DNA of 63,319 nt, counting the filler, from Sphacelaria rigidula (taxonomy: Eukaryota), in assembly GCA_964200075.2 (NCBI GenBank). It is 11 parts of 11 records of this genome, joined end to end, with 100 filler letters (N's around TTAATTAATTAA, not from the genome) between each part and the next. Parts side by side here need not be neighbours in the genome. Positions count along the whole stretch, not along the records: positions 1 to 5,666 come from CAXNAA020025437.1; positions 5,767 to 11,432 come from CAXNAA020025438.1; positions 11,533 to 17,198 come from CAXNAA020025439.1; 8 more parts are not named here. One strand, written 5' to 3'. Under the pieces are notes generated by a model. The model did no database searches and was not told the DNA's origin. It saw only the letters and a list, made by a program, of their open reading frames with translations. A program made the translations under genes and the position numbers. Position 1 is the stretch's first letter. Each line of letters begins with the position of its first letter. Positions 1 through 11,979 of this stretch are shown here, in pieces.

Positions 1-164
1 CCTCATTTTTTTTTCAACCCCATTTTCGAAAATCGGCTGTTAGTTTTTTTTTTTTATGGAAGTTATCGTGCTCACTCACTACGCGTTTGCAACGCAGTTC
101 GCGTGCCTGGAAGCTCTACAATGATGTACTGCAGACTGACCGATGTGTTGCTGATCTTGGTCAG

Positions 165-3100
165 CATCGTCACCATTGGAGACGTGTCGCACCACTGCAA
201 CCTGCAAGAGCTAGACCTTGGTCACAACGGCATCGAGGAGATTCAGGGACTGTCCTCGCTCAAGTGTCTCCGCGTGTTGAGGCTGAACAACAACAAGATA
301 CAGGAGATCAACGGCATAGATGGTGAGATGGATAGATGCACCAGTCAATGACGATAAGCTGCTACACGCGCCTTGCTCTTCTCCTCGCCGCACCGCATCC
401 TCGACTGATGAGTACCGGTGCGAGGATATTTCGGCGTACAATACTCCTGTCCCGGATCAACTCCCGCATATTTCGGTTCCCCCTATGGACGAGTAAGTTG
501 TATATACTCTCCGAGGACACACCCTGGATTGGCGATACTATTTATGTTGTCCTCTTGCTCTCCGCTGGCTCTACCTCATGTGTCCAGACGAGGCCGCCAC
601 GACACAACACTTCGAGCAAAGCTGGTACAGGCGAGTAGAGTATGCTTCAAGCTGAACCTACGAAACACAGCAAACACCACCATTTCCACGGAGATGCTTC
701 TCAATCAATATTCTTCAAACAAGACTACGGGCTGTTGGCCATACTGACCGAGGTGCACAGCATGCCGCGCTCACCGTTCTCTTGAAAAACCATATTGCGA
801 TACCTACCGTTTCACGGCGTACGGAAAAAGGTCTGCCCCTAGTGGAAGTCAATCTCGACAACAACGAGATACGCGCTGTTCAAAACGTCGGAGCCGAGAA
901 ATTACCAAATTTACGCACTCTTCGACTCGGCTACAACCACATCAGTATCCTGGAGGGATTAACTGGATGCTCGTCGCTGGCCCTTCTCGACGTGCAGTTC
1001 AACCGGTGGGCACAAAAAACACGGGGGTGTAAACACATGGGTAAAGATGCAGGCTCACACCTCCTAAAACCCAGCAAACGGAACGTTTGGGTTGACTGAA
1101 AACTGTGTTATGTCAGACGCTTTACTGAGTAGTTACCGCGAGGACAATCGTACCGAGTAAACATGCATGTTTTCCCGTAGTCTCCCGTGACAGACTTCAT
1201 GTCTCCATTTTGCCCCACGTAGACGGCAGCCTTGATTCGTGCAAAAGTATCCAGGATGCCTAGACACATGGCACCAGAACGAGATGATGGTGATACAGTA
1301 GAAAGTCATGATTACTTACGAATCACTGTGCCTTCTATCGAATGCACAACACCCTCCCGGTCGCGTCTTGGTTTATTCTTGGGCTCGCCTAGCTGTGCAT
1401 GTCGAGCTGTGCATGTCGGCACATGGCGCGGTAGTCGCAACGAGAGGTGTATCTCGTGGGCAGACTCATCGTACACTGACGTTGCGTTCGTACTTTTCGC
1501 AAGTAACAAATAAACAAGATGAAAATTGCTGTTGGCTATACACTCATTTGCCGAGGCTGATTGTTCTTCGTCCCGTCTTGTGCTCGATTGCTTCGCTTGA
1601 TCCGCATCCACGCGAACCGAAAGGATAATTGCCGTACGACAGGTAGAGTTCCTGCAGCAATGCCCCTTCCTGCACACATTGATCTTGGAAGGAAACCCTG
1701 TGGACACACTCGAGGCTTACCGCAGCCGTGTGATTTTCCGGCTTCAGGGGCTTATGGTTCTTGACAGGAACAAGGTGTGCGGTACATCGTTCTCGTGTAG
1801 GTGTCTGTTAAGGGTGGAACGGATGTGTGTACGTTTAGGCGTACATGATGGTTTTATCCCCACTCCTTGGTCTACCAAATTCTACAAAGCGTTAGACATC
1901 GGGGGGATTGCTTCGAAATTCGTGTGCGTACAAAGCAGGGTGATCCTGTGTACGTCGCTACACTTTCCCCTAGATCAGCACCGCCTGAAAAGTGCATCAT
2001 GACTGCTGCCGAGATAGCCCCCTCTCCGAACCGGCCAAAAACGTGCACGGAGGCGATGATCATGAATGCCGTTAGAGCTGGTTTCGTGCTGCACTACGCG
2101 ACTCATTCGGGCGTTATAGCTGATTTCGGACTGCTACACGCCTCTCATGCGGGCGAAATTGCTGCAAACGAGCCCAATAGAAGGATTGCAGCCGTTTTGT
2201 TGGACGGTCTCCGATGCACTTTGTGTGGGAGGGCTATCTCGGGATTAGTCTCATGTACTGCTACATCAGCCATGTTACCGCGCCCCAGGCGCCCAGCGTG
2301 GCGTCAGCGTGCACGGGGAACTGAAATGCCGATTGGACTCCTCATGCCTCATGCGAAAACCCCCGTGTTGCGACAACACGTCGACCACAGCGACAGTCTG
2401 TCGATGAAGTACAATAGTCCTTCCGAAAACTCCGGGTTTAAAAACTGAAAGCGTCATGCCATGTCGAATATCAACTTTGCTACAGCCCACTCGCCCTCTC
2501 TGTATTTGTTTCGACAAAAAGATCAAGACTTTTTGCTACTTGTCTGTGCCCCCTCCGTACCCATACGCGCATAGATCCCTCCAGAGGAGAAAGTCAAGTC
2601 TGTGAACCTCATGGGAGATGAAGACAGCGACCTCCCTCACAGAAAACAGGTGATCAAAACCCCGACGGAGTAGCCGCCGTCGAACAATTTGTGAGAGCGA
2701 CACTGAAGTACAAATGCATGCCTTCACCCTTCGTACAGCCTGTGAATACCTTCACCGGGTGAGGGATAGTGGAAGGTCGACTCTCCAGTCTGATTTCGTT
2801 AGACGCCAACCAAGTGCCAAGCTGCTGGTTTCTTCCACGTATGCTTGCCAGAAGAGAAGAAAGCCAGGAGAAATATCTCCGAGTCAAATTTGATATGGCC
2901 ATGCTCGGCGCCCCTTGTATGGTGCAAAACCAGATTGACAAGGTTTGCAGGCTAGCTGGCCATTTCCGATTTGAGTTAGACGTTATCTGGAAGGTCTTGC
3001 CGTTGGCTCCTTTATTGTCCGGTCGACACAAGAATACTCAGGAGCGAGCTTGCAATAATGCACACATTAGGCGTCAGCTTTTCTGTTGTCACGTTTCTTC

Positions 3101-3362
3101 TTGTTCTGATATCGCACTCGACCAGGTCTTCGAGGAACATCTTCCGGGGACAGACTTCATTAATACCCTCCCGCCGTTTAGCGAGCCAGAGGGTCCCCCC
3201 TCCACTGAACCAGTCGGTGTGGGGAATAATACTCGTCGCGATCTTAGCGACGACAGCAGCGAGCCTTCGACATCAATGGCTCTCGCTACGCGTTTGTACA
3301 TGGACGAAGTGGTTGCTTCCGCGGCGTCCTCAGCGCGTAAAAACAGCACTCCTCGCCAATAG
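165..3362 (+). CDS. SDS22-type leucine-rich repeat protein with LRRcap, LRGUK-like; 5'-partial, last 5 exons
   Basis: Phase-compatible GT-AG exons 165-322, 831-1005, 1624-1774, 2575-2649, 3126-3362 (stop). Repeats LQELDLGHNGIEEIQGL, LRVLRLNNNKIQEINGI, LRTLRLGYNHISILEGL. LRRcap LEGNPVDTLEAYRSRVIFRLQGLMVLD is followed by RNKIPPEEKVKSVN, which resembles the post-cap segment of LRGUK as I recall it. Confidence 0.85.
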
Positions 3363-4554
3363 TAGCCATTCGAGTAAGGTGGGAGAAGGAGCGATGAGGC
3401 GCTGGTTTGGTTGTTCAATATCCAGAGGAATAGACCTTTGCTGTGCGTTCGGCGTCCCAACAGTTGCATGTACGGCAGCACCAACGAGCGGAAGCACTGC
3501 ATCAGGACGATGGCGTCGATTTCGTTTTTGTAGCCGGACGTGTTACGGTCGGTTCGTGGATATCAGGCTAGATTGTAGTGCTCGTTTTGTTTTATCTCGC
3601 CGGCGAAACGAGCATCTGTCGAGTTGTGCACCTTGTAGAGGCTCGCTCACTGAAAGGCAGAAAGTGTCGGACGAAGGAAGCTTCTTCCGTACTTTTCGTC
3701 GGTAAATCATCGCACACCACGAGAACCGCCCGGTTGCTTGCAGCTTGGGCTTAAGTAATGGACGTCAGGAAATGACCTTTTCAGTCAACATCATGCACTA
3801 GATATCCAACGGACAGAAGCTCGGGTGTGTTGGTTATTGCGCTTCAACGTTTCCAATATGTCTCAAACATAGATTGCCCTGTGTCCAGGGCGCTTCCACT
3901 TTCAATTTATTTCGGTGTTTGGGACGTTGCCGTCTCGGATTTCGGCGGTGAACCCGGAGTGGTCTTGGCTGGGCCCTCTACTCTAAAATGAAGGTCTGCC
4001 CGTAACTTATTTTGTATTCAGACGTGGCATTTATCTCCTTACGGTAGGTAGTGGAGAGACTGAAGGACTCGTTTCAGTACCAAAACGCCCAGGTTTCATC
4101 ATGTAAATGCTTTGTTTTGTGTCTCGTTCGAATCACGTGTTGCATGAAAAACTACCTGTACGGCAGTGTGGTTGCGTCCTTGCATTCCTTTCTAAACACT
4201 ACGGTCCCCGCGCCTCGTACACACTACAGTTCATGATAAACCAGAGCATGTTGGTAGCGTTTATTTCATGCAGATCCGTTTTTGAACTGGTACGGTATAC
4301 TAGTTGTACAGGACGGAGAATGCGGCAGTACTTGATCGAAAAACTTGTACACCACACCTCCAAGTGCTACAATGATGGACTCGCTGGCATTTTTTCTGCG
4401 TGCTTTTGAATAAAGCGTCATGAAACACAAGAAGCAATACCGTGACGGGCTGCCACAGGAGAGTACAATGCTGTAGTGCACAAGCGCGCTGGCACGGTGT
4501 CGGCAACACGGAAACGCTAGCGCGCGTGCTGCTCGAAAATAACCAAGGAGGGAT

Positions 4555-4825
4555 ACGTGACACGTGAACGTGAACGTGACGTGAATCGCGTTCGCAAAAT
4601 GTAACGTGACGTGACACGTGACGTGTGTCACGTTCGGAAAATGTAACGTTACGTGAACGTGCCATCTGGAAATTTAACGTGACGTGAACGTGACGTTAAT
4701 TATGTTAAAAAAATTTAACGTGACGTTTCGTTACATGTCATGTAATATGTCACGTGACATTGTTACGTATCACGTACTATGTAATGTGACATTGACATGT
4801 GTCACGTTCGAATTTAACGTTTCAT
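4555..4825. repeat. ACGT/CACGTG/TGACGT-dense low-complexity repeat
   Basis: More than 20 ACGT cores in ~270 bp, with recurring AAATGTAACGT/AATTTAACGTGACGT units. Confidence 0.85.
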
Positions 4826-5610
4826 TCTATGCATATCGCGGCTCACACCAGGGTTGGAGGTGTTTTGACGTGTCGTGTAACGCGTGAAGTCACCGTGTAC
4901 GTGGCACTGACGGTCGCCTATCGTATGTTTGATCGTAGGCGCATTATTTGAGTGTATAACGAATCTTTCTCTACAGTGTATCATGCATTCGTCCTTGACC
5001 GGATAAGTTTCCCTGCCTTTTCACTGTTTCATTTCAAGTTTTCAAGATTCGAATGCTTGGTCATTCGCGCGACAGCACATACTGTACATACAATCGTTCG
5101 CGAACGAGATTGAACGCCGGCTTGAGTCTTCCTGGCATTGCCCAGACAGAACTACGTCGGTACCCTTGGTTTTACACGTGTATGACAGGTTTACACCGCC
5201 AGGCAATCTACAAATTTCTTTGGCTTGACAAGCTTTTGTTTCACTGTACGCAGACTGATGGATTTTCCACTTTTCCATCAGATCAAACCGCCACGAAACC
5301 AGCCGTGAGCGCAGGACAAATGCACCCGACATGGAAAAAAAACGCTCGCTACTTCGACGAGAAAAAAACTCAAGAGAATAATGAACAGTGAAAAAAAAAA
5401 GAAAATCAACAAAACAACAAAGTAACAGATTGTAGCGCGCGATAATATCACCCGAAAACCTCAACGGAATAGTACATTAAAAAGAATAAAGAACAAAGAA
5501 CAACTAAACAAGAGAAAGGAAGATAATCCTCTCGGCCACTGAGGAAAACGTAGCACATGATACAAAGAATAAACTCAATACAAGCATGCATGACCCCCCC
5601 CCCGCCCCTC

Positions 5611-5666
5611 TGCTCCGTCTCGAAAGGGATGCGTGGTCAATGGTCAAACGACTAAGGCAAGCAACA
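5611..5666 (+). mobile_element. LINE family A 3' fragment, 5'-truncated, preceded by a C-tract
   Basis: TGCTCCGTCTCGAAAGGGATGCGTGGTCAATGGTCAAACGACTAAGGCAAGCAACA matches the 3' end of the LINE at 43890-45000. Oligo-C at 5594-5610. Confidence 0.9.
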
Positions 5667-5766
5667 NNNNNNNNNNNNNNNNNNNNNNNNNNNNNNNNNN
5701 NNNNNNNNNNTTAATTAATTAANNNNNNNNNNNNNNNNNNNNNNNNNNNNNNNNNNNNNNNNNNNN
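5667..5766. other. Artificial scaffold linker N44-TTAATTAATTAA-N44 (first of ten)
   Basis: Identical 100-bp linkers at 5667, 11433, 17199, 22965, 28730, 34495, 40260, 46025, 51790 and 57555. TTAATTAATTAA gives stops in all six frames. The pieces between are 5666 bp (x4) then 5665 bp (x7). Confidence 0.98.
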
Positions 5767-5788
5767 TAATAATAATAATAATAATAAC

Positions 5789-5828
<40 letters not shown>

Positions 5829-5953
5829 GTAATAGTAATAGTAATAATAATAGTAATAGTAATAATAGTAATAATAGTAATAATAATATTTTTATTAGTA
5901 CTATTATTATCATCATTATTATCATTATTATCATCACTATCATTATCATTATC

Positions 5954-5990
<37 letters not shown>

Positions 5991-6056
5991 ATATTATTAT
6001 CATTAATATTACTATTACTATTATCATCATTAATATTAATACCATCATTATCATTA
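5767..6056. repeat. Compound AT-rich microsatellite, (AAT/AGT)n switching to (ATT/ATC)n
   Basis: Read directly. Strand polarity flips near 5887-5900. Confidence 0.95.
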
Positions 6057-6507
6057 GTGTTAGTGTTATCTTTGTTCCATATAATTGATGTCTACGTCAT
6101 CCAAATGAACAAAGACCAAGAAAAATGGTATGTTCTGGGGGGTCGATTGTTTTATGCCACGTAATCGCCCCTGAAGAGGTTGCTTGCATACAGATGAACA
6201 ACAGCTTCGTATGAGGTAAATTGTGCTCTCTTTACTACCACTTAGCATACTTGGTTCCTGGTGACCCTGTCTCTGCTGTACAACTCTCGAAAGGCAAATA
6301 CTTTATGGAAATTCAAGGCGGAAGTACACAACCCATTGAATGATGACGATACTCTGAAGTGAAATCGCTGTGCTGCGTAAGCAAAGCGCCAACGCTTGGC
6401 GGTGTGGGAATTGAAATACTATAATATTTAAACCATCACAGTAGAAAATCATTTAGTCCACGCCAACATCTTTTACTATCCGCAAAGACTCGGAGGTGCT
6501 TGGCACG

Positions 6508-6787
6508 TGACCCGTGGCTGACTCTGGAAGTGGCGGTACCGGACGGTGGAACAACTCGTTCGAGGCTGCAATTAATGTGCAAGGTGGTTGGCACGCTCGG
6601 GGTCGAGCAATACGCTCCGGCCCGAACAATGTTATTAGGATGTAGCGCATCTTTCATGCAACTCGTTTCGCGCTTGGTGATTGCGAGCCCGGTCCGGCGA
6701 AAACGCGGCGTGCGGCGTGCTCCGTCCCGGCTTTACTGAGATGCGAGGTACATGGCCTTATGGCTCCGGCATGCAAATCATGAGTAC
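6508..6787 (+). mobile_element. Family B non-autonomous retroelement, diverged 3' part
   Basis: GTGGCTGACTCTGGAAGTGGCG...GTCCGGCGAAAACGCGGCGTG...GGCATGCAAATCATGAGTAC aligns to 62990-63264. Followed by ACCCTCTCC. Confidence 0.85.
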
Positions 6788-6867
6788 ACCCTCTCCGTGA
6801 GCGTTCATATCAAGGGGCACATCAACCTTTCGGTTCTGTTTTTGATTCTTGTGCCTCCCTACCGCAG

Positions 6868-7021
6868 ACACGGACCAAGTCGGAGGCGGTCCCCCTTCCA
6901 ACTGGGGTTCAAACGCCCTGCAGGTGCTGTGGAAACCCACAGACGAGATGGGATGTGCGGTCGAGACGTGCGAAGCGGGCGGCATGTACTACGACACGGT
7001 GATCTGCATGTACATTCCAGC
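6868..7021 (+). CDS. Internal exon of a CAP (SCP/PR-1/CRISP) domain protein
   Basis: AG-GT bounded exon (cgcag|...gc|gtgagt) encoding TDQVGGGPPSNWGSNALQVLWKPTDEMGCAVETCEAGGMYYDTVICMYIPA, fitting the CAP pattern QxxW..T..xGCA...C...xxCxYxP. Flanking exons not identified. Confidence 0.72.
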
Positions 7022-10000
7022 GTGAGTATGTTGTAATATTCGTATACACCATTCGTGAACGGAAGAATGAGTGCAGTACTTCTTGTAAAAAAAATGAAGC
7101 TGTACCTTTGATGGTTTGTGTTGCTGGGTGTTTTTCGAGGGGGCGCGTGCGGAAAGGGTGCTTTAATGAAAAGGGGTGTTTGTGGGAAGGCTCATCAGAC
7201 ATGAATCAATCCACGGTGATGCATGGCTGTACGTGTCGACATGTACTGTATTCTAGAATCAAGCATCATACTGGACCCATTTTTGTACTCACGCACACGC
7301 AGGACGATTTTCGGGGTGTCGAGTTTCGTCTTCATTTTTCCGCCGCACTGCCAACTGCCCCCTCCCTCCGGGCTAGCTTGCACTCTCAAGGGATCAACCC
7401 ATCTCTCCCCCCATGTCTATCAGTCTGACATGTTGTTATCAAGTGTTTCAATATCCCTCAACGCGTTCTTGGAACTTCACGTGCTGATCTCGGGCTTTCT
7501 AGGGCGGGAGCCAGTAAAATAATCCGTCCTTACCGTCGAGCATCGAACTTAACCGCTCGATCCACACTGGCCGACGATACACCGGTAAGTTTGTGACCCG
7601 GGTTACGGTGGGGTTGTCGTCATCAAGTGGGGGCCTTGAGAGTATCGAAGAGGGTGTTAGACGCCCGACATGATACCAACCCCAATACCTTGCTTGCGTG
7701 ATTGCGTGATGGCGTGGTCGCATGATCGTTTGCTTCCGCAATTGCACGAACTGATCCCCTACTGTAGTCCAGCCGGGATCACGAGATGCGGACTTGAGGC
7801 GTACGTCCCCAAGGGTAAACCAATAGAGACACGATCACCATACTCGATCAACACATACTGACGGAGACTCCGGGGGAGAAACAGGCCGGCACAACGGGAA
7901 GCTTTGCGCAGTGTTGAGTGTTCGGGGGATCAAGGTATGTGCGACAAACAATCGATCAACCAACCAGCGTATCCTCAGTTGCTATGCGTCCAAGATGCCA
8001 TCACCACACGTAAAGTCCGTACTGTTTTCTCCCTCTCCGTAACCGACCCCCGACCGCACGTCTCCGCTCCTCCGTTCCCTTCCGTGTCCTTCTCTCTACT
8101 TCCTTTGCAACGTATTTTTCGCCCCGATCATCGCGATGGCGCATCGGGTCACTCGTCTCCTCTTTGTCACGTGTGTACTGCACTTGGACACGAAACCACG
8201 CCTCATCACCTGAAATTGCGGCAAATCTGGATTCAAATACTTAAACAGCCGCGATGACGATCTCGGTGAAGTCGGTGTTAACGTGGCATACCAAAACACT
8301 ACATTCCAGGATTGCGGCTTCGAACGTCAGTGACCCCCCGTAAACAGCGAGTCGTCAGCTCTCTTGGCATGGTTGTGTAATACTGTCTGTCTTGCGCTGC
8401 GAGTGAGCGTTTTGCTTGTCGAAAATCGGGTGATGTGTATATGGCAATTGCTCGGTGTTATACACTCCGGAGTATTTATATTGTTCCTTTTCGGGACAAA
8501 AATTGAACCATCCACTGCCAGTTCATATGTTCTACGTATGGCCTTTCCATATGTATGTGTGTGTGTGTGGAGTTGTAGTATACCTCCATCCGGTGGTGAC
8601 TGTAATTTGAATTCGCAGAGAATAGCTCGCGGTTTGTTTATGGGTTTTCGACCATGTATGAGGTGTGTTTTTTTCTTGAACATGCATGATGACTTCCATT
8701 GTTTGGTAGGCGCCCTCAACTCTGTGGATGTGTAGGAATTCCCAGGGATGGTTTATCATAGGAGTGTCTGCAGGTTGTCCAGCATATGCCGCATGACGTT
8801 CTTTCCACCAGACACTGCCAAATAAAATCGGAGGCGGAACATGTGCCTGTAGTTGCTAGCGTTGTAGGTGGATGTTGCCGTCCGAATAGTGTATGCGCCA
8901 GATCAAAGTCACTCTTCCTGCTTGTCGGCGGTGTTCTTCGATAAAAATTAGGGGGGAGTTAGGCGGCCGCCCGTCTACCTTCCGAGAACGTGAAAACGAT
9001 GTTCTTACAAAATGCAGTGTGATGATAATTGTAGTATATTCAACTTTTCGTTCGACGAAGTCAACCATGAAAGCCGATGGAAACAAGTCACTCGTGTCGT
9101 ACGTGGCGCAACAAAGGAGTCAATCCGAATGAAGTTCACGTATTTTTGTTCGTCTTATTTTCTTTTATTTCCTTTGTTTTGTAACTACAGTACTTTTCTT
9201 GTACTATTTTGGATGTTTTGGTGTGTGCGTGTGTTCGTTGTGTGGCTCGCTTTTTCTTTAAATCCTGCGGTCAAGACTACCTGGCTGGGGGAGGGGAAGG
9301 GTACTATGATGGATGAGGTAGTAGTGATGGAAGATGGTTGATCTAGATTCGGGCGTGAGGCCCTTACTGTAGCGACGTGCACGACTTACTACTTCTGTTG
9401 TTACGAAACGTAGATCGAGATCCACGCGTTTTTGGTTCGTGGATGTAGAGCTACAGAGGCCGCGTGAACCAGTTTCGCTTGACAAGATACATATTTGTGT
9501 GAGAAGGAACACGAGAAGCAATGAAGATCCGGAACGGGCGGGTGTACGTTGTTCAAGCTGGTTCGGAGTACAACGAGCGGCGATGTGAGCTTTCCTGTAG
9601 CACGACAAAAGCTAAAACGAGGTAAACTATTACGTACCTGCTGGTATCCATCCGAGGTATACACGCAACTGTGCTTGCTTCGTGAGAAAGAAACGTTCGT
9701 CCTCTGAGGGCGAGATGGTGGGGCATCTGGCAGCCATGACTTTGTGTGCTGATTGGTCATCTTCTGTGGGCAATGAAGAATGAGTGTGTCGCAACTCGCG
9801 GCCCAGCAGAGAAGATGGACAGGGTAACAAATCACGGTTGGCTTCAAGGATGGTACGTTTTGTTCGCCGTGACTTCAACACGAATTGCATGCGATGGGAA
9901 AAGAGCAAGAATCATCGTTGGTGGGAGATGCCCTCCAAGTGGTATCCCAGGCTGCGGGGGGCAAAGCGTTCGTAAAAAATTAATTAGAGGCAAATGCCGA

Positions 10001-10135
10001 TAGCGGTGATATTTTCTTCGCAGACATCAAAGGTGAGCACCATTTGTGTCTGCACCGTGAGACTGGTCGATGTTGTTGACCATGACTTTGCGGTGAGCGC
10101 GAAGAGAGAACATGCCTTGCAGAAAACCTCGAAGT

Positions 10136-10500
10136 ATACCTCGTGAACGTGATAGCTGGCGGGGGATCTATCCGTGATGACGTCATCTACACAACACATA
10201 TACCTCGTGAACGTGATAGCTGGTGGGGACACTTGCTACGATACCCCCCCCCCAAAACCAGCTAAAAGAGTCACGAAAAAAATCGCCATACAGCGCCTGA
10301 TGTCCGGGTTCAGGCTGCATGAAGCGCCTAATATTGGCGACATTGGCTAGAACAAATCCAAGCATGGGAATTCTCAGCGTCTCGTTGTGCTTGTCTTTTC
10401 CCATTTTGATTTACGTGAAGATATTGCCTCCCACAACCATGTACTTTTTTAGGGGGGGCTATCGTAGAAAGTGTCCGGGGGATCTGTCCGCGATGACATC
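10136..10500. repeat. Small composite repeat with direct and inverted units
   Basis: ATACCTCGTGAACGTGATAGCTGG at ~10136 and ~10200. GGACACTTGCTACGATACCCCCC (~10227) is inverted to GGGGGGCTATCGTAGAAAGTGTCC (~10452). GGGGGATCTRTCCGYGATGAC at ~10161 and ~10477. Confidence 0.7.
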
Positions 10501-10662
10501 GAGCAGGGGCTTCAGTGCTTACTTACTGTGTGCTTACTGCAGGGTTCGTTGGAACGGAAATGAACAACCACACCAATAAAATGTGCAGTCTTTTACCGAG
10601 TTGAATGTATGAAGGAGCAGGGGGGAAACAGCCACGTTTATGTAACTTCACCGTTTGTTATT

Positions 10663-10830
10663 GAAAATTCCAGTTTGGCAGGAAAGCTGCGGCCACCGGA
10701 ACACGTAAAGGTGTCCAGGAATGATCTCAATGAGTAGAGCAAGTCATCCCAAGAGGTCAACATCCACGTAACCCTCTTTCAGGAAGTAAAACGACGGAGA
10801 AGGGTCGAAAGGCAATTTTCATCAAGATTA
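10663..10830 (+). mobile_element. Single arm of the foldback/MITE family seen at 13310-13776
   Basis: GAGTAGAGCAAGTCATCCCAAGAGGTCAACATCCACGTAACCCTCTTTCAGG...ACGACGGAGAAGGGTCGAAAGGCAATTTTC aligns to ~13653-13742. Confidence 0.8.
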
Positions 10831-11355
10831 GGTTTTAGACGCAAAAGAAGTGGCCTTGTCATTACCATTATTATCATTACTTTTCCAAATTTCAAATTGG
10901 TTGTTGTCTCAGGCCATTTCAGATTCGGCATTGGATTTCTGTGACAGAAACCTGTCTCGTGTTTTTCAGAATACGTTTAAAAAACAGGCAGAAATTTCCG
11001 AAAAACTTCCCAAAACGTGCCCCCATAATATGGAGTACAGGCTACTACACTGAACACAACACAATTATGTAGCGTAAAGAACTCTGCAGTGTTTTTTAGA
11101 ACCTGAGCTCGGACTGTATACAGTATACATCAGCTGCTTCCTCTGGTTGCAGTAGCCACGCGTGGGAGACACACTCCACGTGCACAGCTCCCACAGAGAA
11201 ATGCGCACAGCTATATCTCCCAGAACTTCGCCGAGTTAGCAAGCATGGACCCATCGGCAGGTAGTACGTATGCTGAATCGGCATCAATATTCGCTTGGGA
11301 AAAGTACACGTGGTCCAGATCGACTACGAACACCACGGTCCAAGGGCTAAGCAAC

Positions 11356-11432
11356 TCTGGCTAGGTGCACCCAGCGAATGCGGCGTACACGCGTGTCGAT
11401 GACGAGACCACCAGAGAGAGAAGCAACGACAG
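11356..11432 (+). mobile_element. 5' part of a copia LTR (same family as 36495-36837), cut by the scaffold end
   Basis: TAGGTGCACCCAGCGAATGCGGCGTACACGCGTGTCGATGACGAGACCACCAGAGAGAGAAGCAACGACAG is closely similar to 36501-36571. Confidence 0.88.
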
Positions 11433-11532
11433 NNNNNNNNNNNNNNNNNNNNNNNNNNNNNNNNNNNNNNNNNNNNTTAATTAATTAANNNNNNNNNNNN
11501 NNNNNNNNNNNNNNNNNNNNNNNNNNNNNNNN

Positions 11533-11608
11533 CCTCCAATGAGTTGCGTTATTTTCTGGTATCGCCACTTCCAGAGACAGCCACGGCTTATACACTGCAT
11601 CATGGGTT
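11533..11608 (-). mobile_element. Family B internal fragment
   Basis: TTTTCTGGTATCGCCACTTCCAGAGACAGCCACGGCTTATACACTGC is the reverse complement of ~62980-63028. Confidence 0.85.
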
Positions 11609-11979
11609 ACGCATGCCCATCCAGGTATTATCCGTAGAATACATAAGAGTCATACTACAACATACCTGAGGTATCGCCCGTGGACAAAGGACAAAGTGCT
11701 TTGAAGTTTCGCCCATTTCGGTTGTACTGTTCAGCAGCTGAGCAGGTGCGAGATTGTCTGCCCATATACTCAGCACTCGTGGTATGGCAAAAACGTGTTC
11801 GATCGCGATATCGACAGGTGATTGCCACAAAGTAACCTCTTCTCTCCGCCCCCTGTACAATACAAAACCATTTGACAACACTGTGACAGAGGCGAGGCGC
11901 GGTAGCTAGCACAGGGGATACGAACATACATGCAATGTGTTCCGACGAAATACAAAACGAGGTTGTGACATGTACCCAC

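Noticed and set aside
5719..6054. Poly-Leu/Ile/Met ORF
   Set aside because: Translation of a microsatellite running into the linker.
7100..10100. Many 60-150 aa ORFs here and in other intronic or intergenic stretches
   Set aside because: No recognisable motifs or consistent splice phases. Such ORFs are expected by chance at ~50% GC.
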